Assembly (NCBI GenBank): GCA_001799735.1
Contig: MGUA01000006.1
Coordinates: 13,733-77,732 of the forward strand
Origin: Elusimicrobia bacterium GWB2_63_22
GTDB taxonomy: Bacteria > Elusimicrobiota > Elusimicrobia > Elusimicrobiales > UBA9959
DNA length: 64,000 bases
Reading direction: 5' to 3'
The position numbers were made by a program, and so were the translations under genes. How positions within the stretch are numbered: position 1 is the first letter of the stretch; every line of letters begins with the position of its first letter. Positions 8,769-17,162 of the stretch are shown here, piece after piece. The notes under the pieces are model-generated. The model saw only the letters and a program-made list of their open reading frames with translations, searched no databases and was not told the origin of the DNA.

Positions 8769-9133
8769 TTGCGTCTCCCGCGGCGGCGGCCGCCGTTAAG
8801 ATAAGCGTAAAGCCCCAGCAGGCCCGACGCCACAAGGATAAGCCAGAGCGGGCTGGAAGCAGCGCCTTTCTCAGCCGGGGCGGGCAGGGCCCCGCTGGAA
8901 ACTTCCACGGCGGCCGGGGCGGTGGAGGCGGCAGCGGGCACCAGGGCCGGGACGCGGCGGCGCGAAACTTTTTTGGGCTGCGGCGCGGGGGCAGGTTCCG
9001 CGGCGGCGGCCTGCAGGAAGGGTGAGGCGGACTTGGCCGACGCGGCGCAGGCGTCGGCGTTCTTGGCGCAGTCTTCAGCCGAGTAGGCGAAAGCGGGCAG
9101 CAGGAGCAGCAGGGTCAGGACGCGTATTTTCAT
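8765..9133 (-). CDS. Small secreted low-complexity protein with a C-terminal TM segment plus Arg-rich tail (sorting-signal-like)
   Basis: Signal peptide MKIRVLTLLLLLPAFAYSA, Ala/Pro-rich middle, C-terminus SSPLWLILVASGLLGLYAYLNGGRRRGRRK. 4-nt overlaps on both sides. Confidence 0.55.
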   Translation of the reverse strand: MKIRVLTLLLLLPAFAYSAEDCAKNADACAASAKSASPFLQAAAAEPAPAPQPKKVSRRRVPALVPAAASTAPAAVEVSSGALPAPAEKGAASSPLWLILVASGLLGLYAYLNGGRRRGRRK

Positions 9134-9684
9134 AGGGCGTTAAAAGAACGGAACTCCTCAGTGGATTTGCGGGGACGGGCCGCGGGGGCCTCGTCCGGGT
9201 AGCCTACGGAGATCAGTATCTCCACTTTTTTACCGCGGCCGAGCCCCAGGGCCTTGGCGGCGCCTTTGGCGCTGAACCAGCCGAGCCAGCAGGTGCCGAG
9301 CCCCTGCTCGGCGGCGGCCAGCACAAAATGTTCCGCAGCTATACCTATGTCCATCAGGCGGAAATTGGTGTCCTGCACCTGGTTGCCCAGCCAGGCGCTC
9401 AGCTTGCCGGTGTCGGCGACCACGGCCAGGATGGCCGGGGCGGCGGCGGCGAACTTACAGGCGGAATAGAGCCCGGAGAAAGCCGCGGCGCAGAATTTTT
9501 CTTTCAGCGCCGGGTCGTCCACCAGTACGAACCGGTAGGGCTGGGCGTTGCAGGCCGACGGGGCCAGGCGCGCGGCTTCGAGGCAGAGCTCAAGCTTCTC
9601 CCGTTCAACGGGCTTGTTTTTATATTTGCGCACGCTGCGGCGCGCTGCCGCCAGCTCCAGGAACGGTGATTTCTGCATAGCCAT
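9130..9684 (-). CDS. Nitroreductase-family oxidoreductase
   Basis: Motifs RRSVRKY and APSACNAQPYRF are characteristic of the nitroreductase fold. Confidence 0.85.
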   Translation of the reverse strand: MAMQKSPFLELAAARRSVRKYKNKPVEREKLELCLEAARLAPSACNAQPYRFVLVDDPALKEKFCAAAFSGLYSACKFAAAAPAILAVVADTGKLSAWLGNQVQDTNFRLMDIGIAAEHFVLAAAEQGLGTCWLGWFSAKGAAKALGLGRGKKVEILISVGYPDEAPAARPRKSTEEFRSFNAL

Positions 9685-9754
9685 ATTTTATAATATAGAA
9701 GCGGGGGAGTTAGAGGGTTTCTAAAACCGCGGGCTGCGGGAGCCGGATACAACT

Positions 9755-10090
9755 ATGGAAAACTGGAAAGACGGAGTGAACTTCGCCATTACCGTTTGCG
9801 ACGCCGACGGGAAGGTCCTGGAGATGAACAACAAGTCGGCTGCCACCTTCGCCAGGAGCGGCGGCAAAGACCTGGTGGGCAACAGCCTGCTGGACTGCCA
9901 CCCCGAGCCGTCGAAGACTAAACTGAAGAAAATGCTGGCCGAGCCGTACACCAACGCCTACACCATAGAAAAGAACGGCGTAAAGAAACTAGTCTACCAG
10001 ACGCCGTGGCTGAAGGACGGCAAACCCGCCGGGATAGTGGAGCTTTCGCTGGAGCTGCCGGCCGAGCTGCCCCACTTTGTGCGCAAGTAG
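9755..10090 (+). CDS. Stand-alone PAS-like domain protein
   Basis: A single domain of about 110 aa with a PAS-like pattern (..DADGKVLEMNNKSAATFA..GNSLLDCHP..). First gene of a plus-strand operon. Confidence 0.6.
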   Translation: MENWKDGVNFAITVCDADGKVLEMNNKSAATFARSGGKDLVGNSLLDCHPEPSKTKLKKMLAEPYTNAYTIEKNGVKKLVYQTPWLKDGKPAGIVELSLELPAELPHFVRK

Positions 10091-10109
10091 AGTCGGACAG
10101 GGAGAAACT

Positions 10110-10841
10110 ATGAAAACCATATTAATTTCCGCGCTGCTGGCGCTAACGGCCCTGCCGGCCGCCGCCGGGCAGATAGCCTGCGTTTACGACCTGGCCGGCC
10201 CGGCCGAGCTGCAGAGGGCAGGCACAGAACAGTGGATCCCGGCCCGCAAAGGGCTGCCGCTGGACCAGGGCGACCGGCTCCGGACCGGGGAGAAGGCCTG
10301 GTGCGAGCTGCTTTTCAAGGACGGCTCTTTCATAAAGATGGAGGCAGGTTCCGAAACCGCGGCCGAAACCCTGCAGACCACTGCGGAAGGCCGCGTTTTT
10401 TCTTTCTCCTTCCTCAAGGGAAAGGCGCTCTGGATGGCCTCGAAATTGCGCAAGGGCGCGGCCTCCAAGTTTTCCGTACGCACCCCCAGCGCGGTCTGCG
10501 CCGTGCGCGGCACGGACTTCTCCATAATAGTCTCCAGCTCCGGGGAGACCTCCGTCGGCCTTTACCAGGGCGAAGTGGCGGTCTCCAACGAGCTCGGTGA
10601 GAAAACGCTGCTGGCGGGGAGCGAGGCTTCCGCCGGGACCGGCGAGATAGCGCTGCAGGCCCGCCTGTCGTCGCTGATGAAAGCCGAGGAACGGCGCTAT
10701 AAGAAGGTAAAGGGCCGCGTGGAGAGCCTGCGCAAACGCCTGGCGGCGCGCGAGGATTTCATAGACGATTACATAGGACGGCAGGAAAAAGCCCTCGCGG
10801 ATTTCGAGAAGCGCAGGCAGGAAAAGCTAAAGAAACGCTGA
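10110..10841 (+). CDS. Secreted FecR-domain protein with a C-terminal coiled-coil/charged tail
   Basis: Start moved to the ATG at 10110 (GGAGA SD at 10101-10105; signal peptide MKTILISALLALTALPAAA). FecR-like core: DRLRTGEKAWCELLFKDGS..MEAGSE...VRGTDFSI. Confidence 0.7.
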   Translation: MKTILISALLALTALPAAAGQIACVYDLAGPAELQRAGTEQWIPARKGLPLDQGDRLRTGEKAWCELLFKDGSFIKMEAGSETAAETLQTTAEGRVFSFSFLKGKALWMASKLRKGAASKFSVRTPSAVCAVRGTDFSIIVSSSGETSVGLYQGEVAVSNELGEKTLLAGSEASAGTGEIALQARLSSLMKAEERRYKKVKGRVESLRKRLAAREDFIDDYIGRQEKALADFEKRRQEKLKKR

Positions 10842-10850
10842 GAGAACTGA

Positions 10851-12368
10851 ATGACGGGCGGGTTTTGTTATAATTTCGGGAACATACGGGGAGAACATTC
10901 TATTAAACGCTTACTAGCAGCAGCTCTACTTTGCGCCGGCCTGGCCCGGGCGGGCTTCTGCGCCCCGGAATTCACCCTCGAGGCCGGGGTAAATCTCTCC
11001 TCGGCCGCGCCCGGCTGTGTTCTTCCGACCCCCGCCGGCTACCGGATGTACTTTTCCACCGGGCCGCACTTTGCGGTATTCAGCGCCACCTCCACCGACG
11101 GCGTGGTCTGGGGCGTAGAGGACGGGGTCAGGCTCTCCACCCCGGCCGGCGGCTTCTACTCCAGCTCCATCACGGCGGTGGGGGCCTACGCCGGGACGGC
11201 GATCTCCAGCGGCCCTTACCGCGCCTATTACGTGGGGCTCAGTTCCACCGGGATCTACTCGGTGCTCAGCGCCACCTCCACCGACGGCCTCGCCTGGGGC
11301 CGCGACCCTGACTTTCTGATGCAGTTCGGCGGCGGCTCGCGGCGCGTCCTCTCGCTGGCCCCTTATTTCCTCGGCTCGGGCAGGGCCGTCCTGTATTATG
11401 TGCGCGACAACGGCGGGGCGCCGGACCCCGCCTCGCACCGGGTCTACGCCGCCACCAGCTCCGACAGCGGCAACAGTTTCTCCGGCGAGACGGAGATCCT
11501 GTCTTCCAGCGGCGTCTTCCACGTGGCGATCTCCAGCCTGACCGACGGCACACTGCGGCTGTTCGCAACGGCCAGCCTGCTGGGCGACACCACGGCGGCG
11601 CGGGTGCTCTCGGCCGACAGTTCCGACGGAGCGGGCCTTGCCTTCGGAGAGCCGGAACTGGCTTTTTCCACCAACCCGCTGACCAACGCAATAGAGGGCC
11701 TGGCGGTAACGCGCTCCACCGACGCGTACAGCTGGCGCCTGCACCTGGGCCTGCGGCTGGCCGCCCCGGCCACCACCTACGCATTCAGCGCGCTTACGCT
11801 ATCCCCGGAGATCTACTCCTTCTCCCCGGCCTCCGTCTACATAAACGACCCGGCCACGGACTTCACGCTCGGCGGAGAGGTCTTCTCTTCCACCGCGCCG
11901 ACCGTAACCATAACCAAGGGGCTCGACACGGTACCGGTAGTCTCGGTCACCCGCGTCTCGGATATGCGGCTCACCGTCCGCGCCAACCCCAACGGGAGGC
12001 CGCTGGGCGCCTATACCGTCACCGTCACCAACCCGGACAACAGGAGCGCCTCGCTGGGCGGAGCCCTGCGGCTGGACTTCAGGCCCGGCCTGGTGGCCAT
12101 GACCGACAACCTTTTCCGCCCTCTCAAGGGCGATACGTCCAAGATCTCGGCGACCATCTTCTTTCCCGGCACGGTAACCATAAAGATCTACGACCTCAAC
12201 GGCGGGCTGGTGCGGAACCTCTATAACGGTCCGGCCGGCACGGGCGCCACGGTCTACACCTGGGACGGCAGGACGGATTCCGGCCAGGTGGCGGCCAGCG
12301 GCCTGTACCTGGTGCGGATAAAAGGCCCCAAGACCGACGTTAAAGAAAAGATAGTGCTTATAAAATGA
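10851..12368 (+). CDS. Secreted BNR/Asp-box beta-propeller-like protein with an Ig-like domain and a C-terminal FlgD-Ig/T9SS-type domain
   Basis: Repeated Asp-box-like motifs SATSTDGVVWG, SATSTDGLAWG and ATSSDSGNSF. C-terminus IKIYDLNGGLVRNLY...YTWDGRTDSGQVAASGLYLVRIKG matches the FlgD Ig-like/CTD pattern. The start codon is uncertain because the signal peptide begins about aa 19. Confidence 0.7.
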   Translation: MTGGFCYNFGNIRGEHSIKRLLAAALLCAGLARAGFCAPEFTLEAGVNLSSAAPGCVLPTPAGYRMYFSTGPHFAVFSATSTDGVVWGVEDGVRLSTPAGGFYSSSITAVGAYAGTAISSGPYRAYYVGLSSTGIYSVLSATSTDGLAWGRDPDFLMQFGGGSRRVLSLAPYFLGSGRAVLYYVRDNGGAPDPASHRVYAATSSDSGNSFSGETEILSSSGVFHVAISSLTDGTLRLFATASLLGDTTAARVLSADSSDGAGLAFGEPELAFSTNPLTNAIEGLAVTRSTDAYSWRLHLGLRLAAPATTYAFSALTLSPEIYSFSPASVYINDPATDFTLGGEVFSSTAPTVTITKGLDTVPVVSVTRVSDMRLTVRANPNGRPLGAYTVTVTNPDNRSASLGGALRLDFRPGLVAMTDNLFRPLKGDTSKISATIFFPGTVTIKIYDLNGGLVRNLYNGPAGTGATVYTWDGRTDSGQVAASGLYLVRIKGPKTDVKEKIVLIK

Positions 12369-13300
12369 GAACAGCCGGCGCCATATTCCTGATCTCGCTG
12401 CTGGCCGCCCCGGCGGCCGCCGCCCCGGGCCTCACCGGCGCGCCGGTACTGAACACGCCCATCGGCGCCCGTTCCTCGGGCCTGGGCCGCGCCTTCACGG
12501 CCGTTCCCGGGGACCCGGAAGCGGTGAATTACAATCCCGGCGCGCTGGCTTTCGCGGAAAAGATAAAGCTCTCGGCCACCTACATGCGGGGCTACCTGGA
12601 CGGCAGCTATGGCCTTGTTTCGGTCCCGCTGCCGCTGGGGTCCTTCGTGCTGACGCCGGCCTACATGTTCTTCAACTCCGGGAAGATGGACCTCAATCTT
12701 TCGGACGGCACCAGGGCGACCGTGACGGCGGAGCAGGACAAGGTCGCCTATCTCTCCGCCGGCTGGCGGCCTGTGCCGACGCTAGGCGTGGGCGCCACGG
12801 TAAAGCGCGCCTCGCTGGAACTGGCCGAGGCGGCCACGGCGACGTCGCTGCATTACGACCTCGGCGTGCTCTACGCGGCCAAGAACGGCCTGAGCCTGGG
12901 GGCGGCCTACCTCAATAGCGGCGGGAAAATAAAGTTCGAGGACAGCGGGGACCCGCCGCCGACTACCCGGAGGCTGGGCGCCTCCTATAAATTTGCCGTG
13001 AACCCGCCCAACCTGTTCGACCCGGGCGCCGACATCACCTATTCCGACATGCTGCTTTCAGTGGACTGGAGCCGGACCGACAAGGAAAAAGGCTATTACC
13101 AGGGCGGCGCCGAAGCCAATATGACCCTGGCCGGCGGCGCGGTCTTCACGCTCCGCTTCGGCTACCTGGCGGACCGGGATTCGGCCGGCATGACCTACGG
13201 CCTGGGCATGGCCGGCAGGAATTGGGGACTGGATTGTTCCTTCGTCCCCTCCGACAGCCTGGACACCCTGTCACAGGCCACTTTGAATTATAAATTTTGA
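12365..13300 (+). CDS. PorV/PorQ-family-like outer-membrane beta-barrel protein (paralog of 1956..2927)
   Basis: ATGA overlap with the upstream stop (12365-12368). Signal peptide present. Motif GARSSGLGRAFTAVPGDPEAVNYNPGALAF. Terminal ..LNYKF. Confidence 0.65.
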   Translation: MRTAGAIFLISLLAAPAAAAPGLTGAPVLNTPIGARSSGLGRAFTAVPGDPEAVNYNPGALAFAEKIKLSATYMRGYLDGSYGLVSVPLPLGSFVLTPAYMFFNSGKMDLNLSDGTRATVTAEQDKVAYLSAGWRPVPTLGVGATVKRASLELAEAATATSLHYDLGVLYAAKNGLSLGAAYLNSGGKIKFEDSGDPPPTTRRLGASYKFAVNPPNLFDPGADITYSDMLLSVDWSRTDKEKGYYQGGAEANMTLAGGAVFTLRFGYLADRDSAGMTYGLGMAGRNWGLDCSFVPSDSLDTLSQATLNYKF

Positions 13301-13309
13301 AGCCCGGCG

Positions 13310-15067
13310 CTAGAGCGCGCCGGAGCGCTGGAAGCGGCGGGCGATGTCCGCCGCCGAGAGGTGAAACAGCGTCGGGCGGCCGTGCGGGCAGTGGTAGCCG
13401 TCGCGCGCTTTTTTCAGGTCTTCCATCAGCCGCAGGGCCTCCTGCGGCTTCACAAAATCATGCGCCTTAATGGACTTCTTGCACGCCATGGTGGCGATGA
13501 TGTTGCGCTTTATATCCTCGGCGGCCTTCTCCGGCTCGCCCAGGACCTCGGAGAGATAACCTAAAAATTCCGAAAAAGCCTGCTGCGTGAAATAGAACAG
13601 GGCGGGGGCCGCGCGCAGCAGCGCCACCGACGGGCCGCGCTGGTCCAGTTCAAAGCCGGCCGTCTTCAGCCAGGCCTGCCATTTAAGCACCGTCTCCATC
13701 TGCGAGCGGGACAGTTCCACTTCCAGCGGCACCAGCAGCGGCTGCACCCTGATGGCTCCCTTGGAAAATTCGTCCAGGTATTTCTCGAACAGTACCCGCT
13801 CCTGCGCGGCGTGCTGGTCCACCACCAGCAGGCCCGATTCGCACTCGAAGAGCAGGTAGCTTTTGGCGAGCTGGCCCAGGTAGCTGAGGTCCTTCCCGCG
13901 CCAGTCGGCGGGCGGGGGGGCGGCCTTAAGCCCGGAGGGCAGGTCGAAAAGACTGCCGGTCTCGGCGGCCGGCATAGGCGGCGCGGCGCCTTCGCGGTAG
14001 GCCGGCACGTCGGGGGGAGTGAATTTGCTCTCGCCCGCGGGGGCGGTCATGGTGACGGCGGCGGTCTGCTTCTTGAGCAGTTCCTCGCGCACGGTGCCGG
14101 AGATGGTCTTGAAGATCTCGTTCTCAGAGGAAAATTTAACGTCGCGCTTCTGCGGGTGGATGTTGGCGTCGAAAGAGCCCGGGTCCAGCTCCGTAAACAG
14201 CGCGCAGGCCGGGTGGCGGCCGACCAGCATATGGTCGTAGCCGCGGTACAGCGCCTGCCGCAGCAGGGCCGAGCCCACCGGGCGGCGGTTGACGAAGAAA
14301 TGCTGGTTGGCCCTGGTGGCGGCCAGCGCGTCGGGGCGCGAGACAAAGCCGTACACGGCCATGCCCTGCGTCTTGCCTTCCACCCGCACCATGCCGCCGT
14401 ACACGCTTTTGCCGAAGATGGCGGCCGCGCGGTTCTTGAGGTTCTCCCACATACCGCCGGGCAGCACGGGCAGGGACAGCGTCTCGGCGCCGTCTATGAC
14501 CAGCCGGAAGGCCGTGCCGAGGTTGGCCAGCGCCGCCTCCTCCACGGTCTTTATCAGGTTGGCGCGCTCGGAGGCGTCGCTCTTCATGAACTTGGCCCGG
14601 GCCGGGGTATTGAAGAACAGGTCGGCCGCCTCTATGGTGGTGCCTTTCACCGGCGCGGCGGGGAGCTCGGCTATCACGCGGCCGCCTTCGCCCTCTATGG
14701 CATAGCCGGAGTCGGCGCCGGCGCGGTGGGAGGTCAGCTTAAGCCGGGACACGGCGAAGATGGAATACAGGGCCTCGCCGCGGAAACCGAAGGTGGCGAG
14801 GGAATAAAGGTCGTCGAAAACGTTAAGCTTGCTGGTGGCGTGGCGGCCCAGGGCCAGGCGCAGGTCCTCGCGGTCCATGCCGCGGCCGTCGTCGTGCACG
14901 CGGATAAGCCCGCGGCCGGCTTTCTTTATCTCTATCTCTATGCGGGAGGCGCCGGAGTCCAGCGAGTTCTCTATGAGCTCTTTAAGCACGGAGGCGGGGC
15001 GCTCTATCACCTCGCCCGCGGCGATCTTGGAGACCACGTCTTCTGGAAGGACTTTAATTTCCGGCAT
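13310..15067 (-). CDS. mutL: DNA mismatch repair protein MutL
   Basis: N-terminal GHKL ATPase motifs (IAAGEVIERPASVLKELIENSLDSGA, DDGRGM) and C-terminal dimerisation region. Confidence 0.93.
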   Translation of the reverse strand: MPEIKVLPEDVVSKIAAGEVIERPASVLKELIENSLDSGASRIEIEIKKAGRGLIRVHDDGRGMDREDLRLALGRHATSKLNVFDDLYSLATFGFRGEALYSIFAVSRLKLTSHRAGADSGYAIEGEGGRVIAELPAAPVKGTTIEAADLFFNTPARAKFMKSDASERANLIKTVEEAALANLGTAFRLVIDGAETLSLPVLPGGMWENLKNRAAAIFGKSVYGGMVRVEGKTQGMAVYGFVSRPDALAATRANQHFFVNRRPVGSALLRQALYRGYDHMLVGRHPACALFTELDPGSFDANIHPQKRDVKFSSENEIFKTISGTVREELLKKQTAAVTMTAPAGESKFTPPDVPAYREGAAPPMPAAETGSLFDLPSGLKAAPPPADWRGKDLSYLGQLAKSYLLFECESGLLVVDQHAAQERVLFEKYLDEFSKGAIRVQPLLVPLEVELSRSQMETVLKWQAWLKTAGFELDQRGPSVALLRAAPALFYFTQQAFSEFLGYLSEVLGEPEKAAEDIKRNIIATMACKKSIKAHDFVKPQEALRLMEDLKKARDGYHCPHGRPTLFHLSAADIARRFQRSGAL

Positions 15068-15090
15068 AGGTTAATTCTACCAATTCCGGT

Positions 15091-15831
15091 TCAGGCAAGC
15101 ATCCGGTTGAACAGCATGGTTACGTTCACCAGCGAATGCAGCAGGATGTTTACCGGCAGGCGGCGCTCCCTCTCGTAAACCCAGCAGAAATAGATGCCCA
15201 CCGGCAGCAGGATCGGCGCCGCGGCGCCGTGGCAGACGGCGAAGAACAGCCCGGACCAGAAGGCGCTGAACCAGAAACCGTTGCGCAGCCTGACGGTGGT
15301 GTAGAAGATGCGCCTGAAAAACAGTTCCTCGGCCACCGGCGCCAGCACGCAGGCGCTGAGCACCGACAGCGACAGGCGCAGATAAGAGACGGAGGCGGCC
15401 GCCTGCAGCGCGGCGCCTTCGCTGGAAGCCCGCTCCGTCACCGGCTGCAGGAGTTTTTCCATCCCGCTGTCGCCAAGAAACCACCAGACCGAGAACAGGA
15501 CGCCGGCGATGCAGAGCGCCACCAGCGCGTACCCGCCGAAATATTTAAGCGCCTTAAGCGCGTCCCCGCCGAGGTTGCGCCGCCAGTCGGCCAGGGCGCT
15601 CCGCCAGGAGACGCCCATGCCCGACATCACCAGGGCCGACACGGCGCCGATGGCCAGGAAGACGGGGATCATGCTTTCCAGGGAGGAGAAGCGCAGCCCG
15701 GTGTGCTTCTCCACCAGGACTACCGGCAGCATTACCACGAAATGAAGGAGAACGATAGCCGCGGTCAGGCCCCAGAGGCGCCCGTACCGGTCATAAGTCT
15801 TTATTCCCTCGAAGGGATTTTTTTCTTCCAT
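15091..15831 (-). CDS. CPBP-family intramembrane glutamic endopeptidase (CAAX protease-like)
   Basis: Motifs EELFFRR and HSLVN in a polytopic protein. The start was set to the ATG at 15831 because the 15852 start lies inside the upstream terminator hairpin. Confidence 0.8.
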   Translation of the reverse strand: MEEKNPFEGIKTYDRYGRLWGLTAAIVLLHFVVMLPVVLVEKHTGLRFSSLESMIPVFLAIGAVSALVMSGMGVSWRSALADWRRNLGGDALKALKYFGGYALVALCIAGVLFSVWWFLGDSGMEKLLQPVTERASSEGAALQAAASVSYLRLSLSVLSACVLAPVAEELFFRRIFYTTVRLRNGFWFSAFWSGLFFAVCHGAAAPILLPVGIYFCWVYERERRLPVNILLHSLVNVTMLFNRMLA

Positions 15832-15863
15832 ACAAAAAGAACACGGGCGCAAGGCCCGTGTTC
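15832..15863 (-). terminator. Rho-independent terminator of the 15881..17053 gene
   Basis: 10-bp perfect stem (GAACACGGGC / GCCCGTGTTC) with a 5-nt loop, followed on the minus strand by TTTTTGT. Confidence 0.8.
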
Positions 15864-15880
15864 AGCTAAACCAGCGGCTC

Positions 15881-17053
15881 TCAGTACTGCGGCACGGGCG
15901 GGTAAACCGGCGCGTTCTGGCCGGCCTTGGCCACGTAGTCTATTACGTAGGTGAAGCTGCCCAGTTCCCCGGTGACGGCGGAACCCACCACAGGCAGGCC
16001 GGCGGCGCTGAAGGCCGCGGCTTTTTCGGCCAGAGCTTTCTCGGCCTCGCTGTCGAAGGTGAAGGTCTCGGGGGCCTGGTAGGTCTCAATGGCGGCGGAC
16101 GGGACGGTCCCGCCCGGCTGGTAGATATTGCCGACCAGGAAATCCACGCTGTAGGAGAAATCGCCACCCTCGGCGCGGACCACGGAGGAGAGCGGCGGCA
16201 CACCGGCCCTGGTGAAGCCGGGCAGTGCCGCCTTACCGGCCTTGGCGGCCTCTTTGTCGAAGGAGAAAGTCTCGCGGGCGTCGTAGCGGGCCACGGAATA
16301 CTGCGGGCGCGGCGCGGCTTTGCCGGTCTTCACCACGTACTCTACCTGTACCGCGTAGTCGCGGCCGTTCTCCACGGCTTTGCCGCGCAGGGCCGGGACG
16401 CCGGCCTGCTTGAAGAGGGCGAGATAGGCGGGGATGGCCTTTTCGGCTTCGCTCTCGAAGGTGAACTTGCCGCCGGTATAGGTCAGGAACTTGACGTCAT
16501 ATTCCTGCGCGGGGCGCAGCATGTTCTTTACCAGGTAGTCCACGGCAAAAGCGTTGTCGTTGCCGGCTTCGTAAAGATAAGAGCCGAGCACCGGCAGCTT
16601 GGCGGCGCGGAAATTGGCGGCGGCGGCCTTCATAGCCTCCTCGGCTTCGCGCTCCAGCCAGTAGGCGGCGCCGTTCCTGTAGGTTTCCACCAGCACAGCC
16701 GGCGGCAGAGCGGTGTTGCCCTTAACGGTGGGGAGGTACTCTATCACGAAGGAGTAATCGTTGCCGAGCTCCACCACGCGGCCGCCCAGGGTGGTCACGC
16801 CGGCGGCCTTCAGGGCTCTCAGCCGCGCGTCCAGGGCGGGTTTAACCTCGCTCTCGAAGGTAAATTCCTCGTCGGTGGTATAGCTGGCTATCGTCACGCC
16901 GGGAGGCGTCACCGGCGCGGGGCCGTGCGGCATGATCACCGGGGCCTGGGGCACGTCCCCCATGTCGGAGGTATCCAGCACGAAACCGCCGGAGAAAGCC
17001 GGGACAGAAAGAATGAAGAAAGAGATGATAGAAACGGCGCAGCTTTTAAGCAT
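15881..17053 (-). CDS. Secreted protein made of five tandem copies of an unrecognised alpha/beta domain of about 68 aa
   Basis: Signal peptide MLKSCAVSIISFFILSVPAFS. Five repeats share Y..(E)TF(T/S)F(E/D)SEAEKA..helix..AG(V/L)P..G..(E)xG.D(Y/F)x(F/Y)xV(D/E)Y(L/V). GGGAGG SD before the ATG; own terminator. Confidence 0.75.
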   Translation of the reverse strand: MLKSCAVSIISFFILSVPAFSGGFVLDTSDMGDVPQAPVIMPHGPAPVTPPGVTIASYTTDEEFTFESEVKPALDARLRALKAAGVTTLGGRVVELGNDYSFVIEYLPTVKGNTALPPAVLVETYRNGAAYWLEREAEEAMKAAAANFRAAKLPVLGSYLYEAGNDNAFAVDYLVKNMLRPAQEYDVKFLTYTGGKFTFESEAEKAIPAYLALFKQAGVPALRGKAVENGRDYAVQVEYVVKTGKAAPRPQYSVARYDARETFSFDKEAAKAGKAALPGFTRAGVPPLSSVVRAEGGDFSYSVDFLVGNIYQPGGTVPSAAIETYQAPETFTFDSEAEKALAEKAAAFSAAGLPVVGSAVTGELGSFTYVIDYVAKAGQNAPVYPPVPQY

Positions 17054-17162
17054 TAAGCCTCCCTGTACCCTCTAATTATAATAGTAATGCGCCGTCCGCG
17101 TATGGGCCATTGGACCATATTTTTTATGGGTCTTAAGGACGGCTTGAGAACCGGCGGGAGCG

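Noticed and set aside
7425-8804. Other long antisense ORFs: 7425..8804, 13811..15178, 17259..18611, 22547..23866, 26435..27676, 28552..29946, 30860..31945 and 42302..43558
   Set aside because: Each overlaps a motif-supported gene on the opposite strand and has Arg/Gly/Ala/Pro-rich shadow composition. None has a plausible SD or family signature.
15832-15852. Track start at 15852 for the CPBP protease
   Set aside because: That start codon lies inside the 10-bp terminator stem of the upstream gene. The ATG at 15831 follows the T-run immediately.
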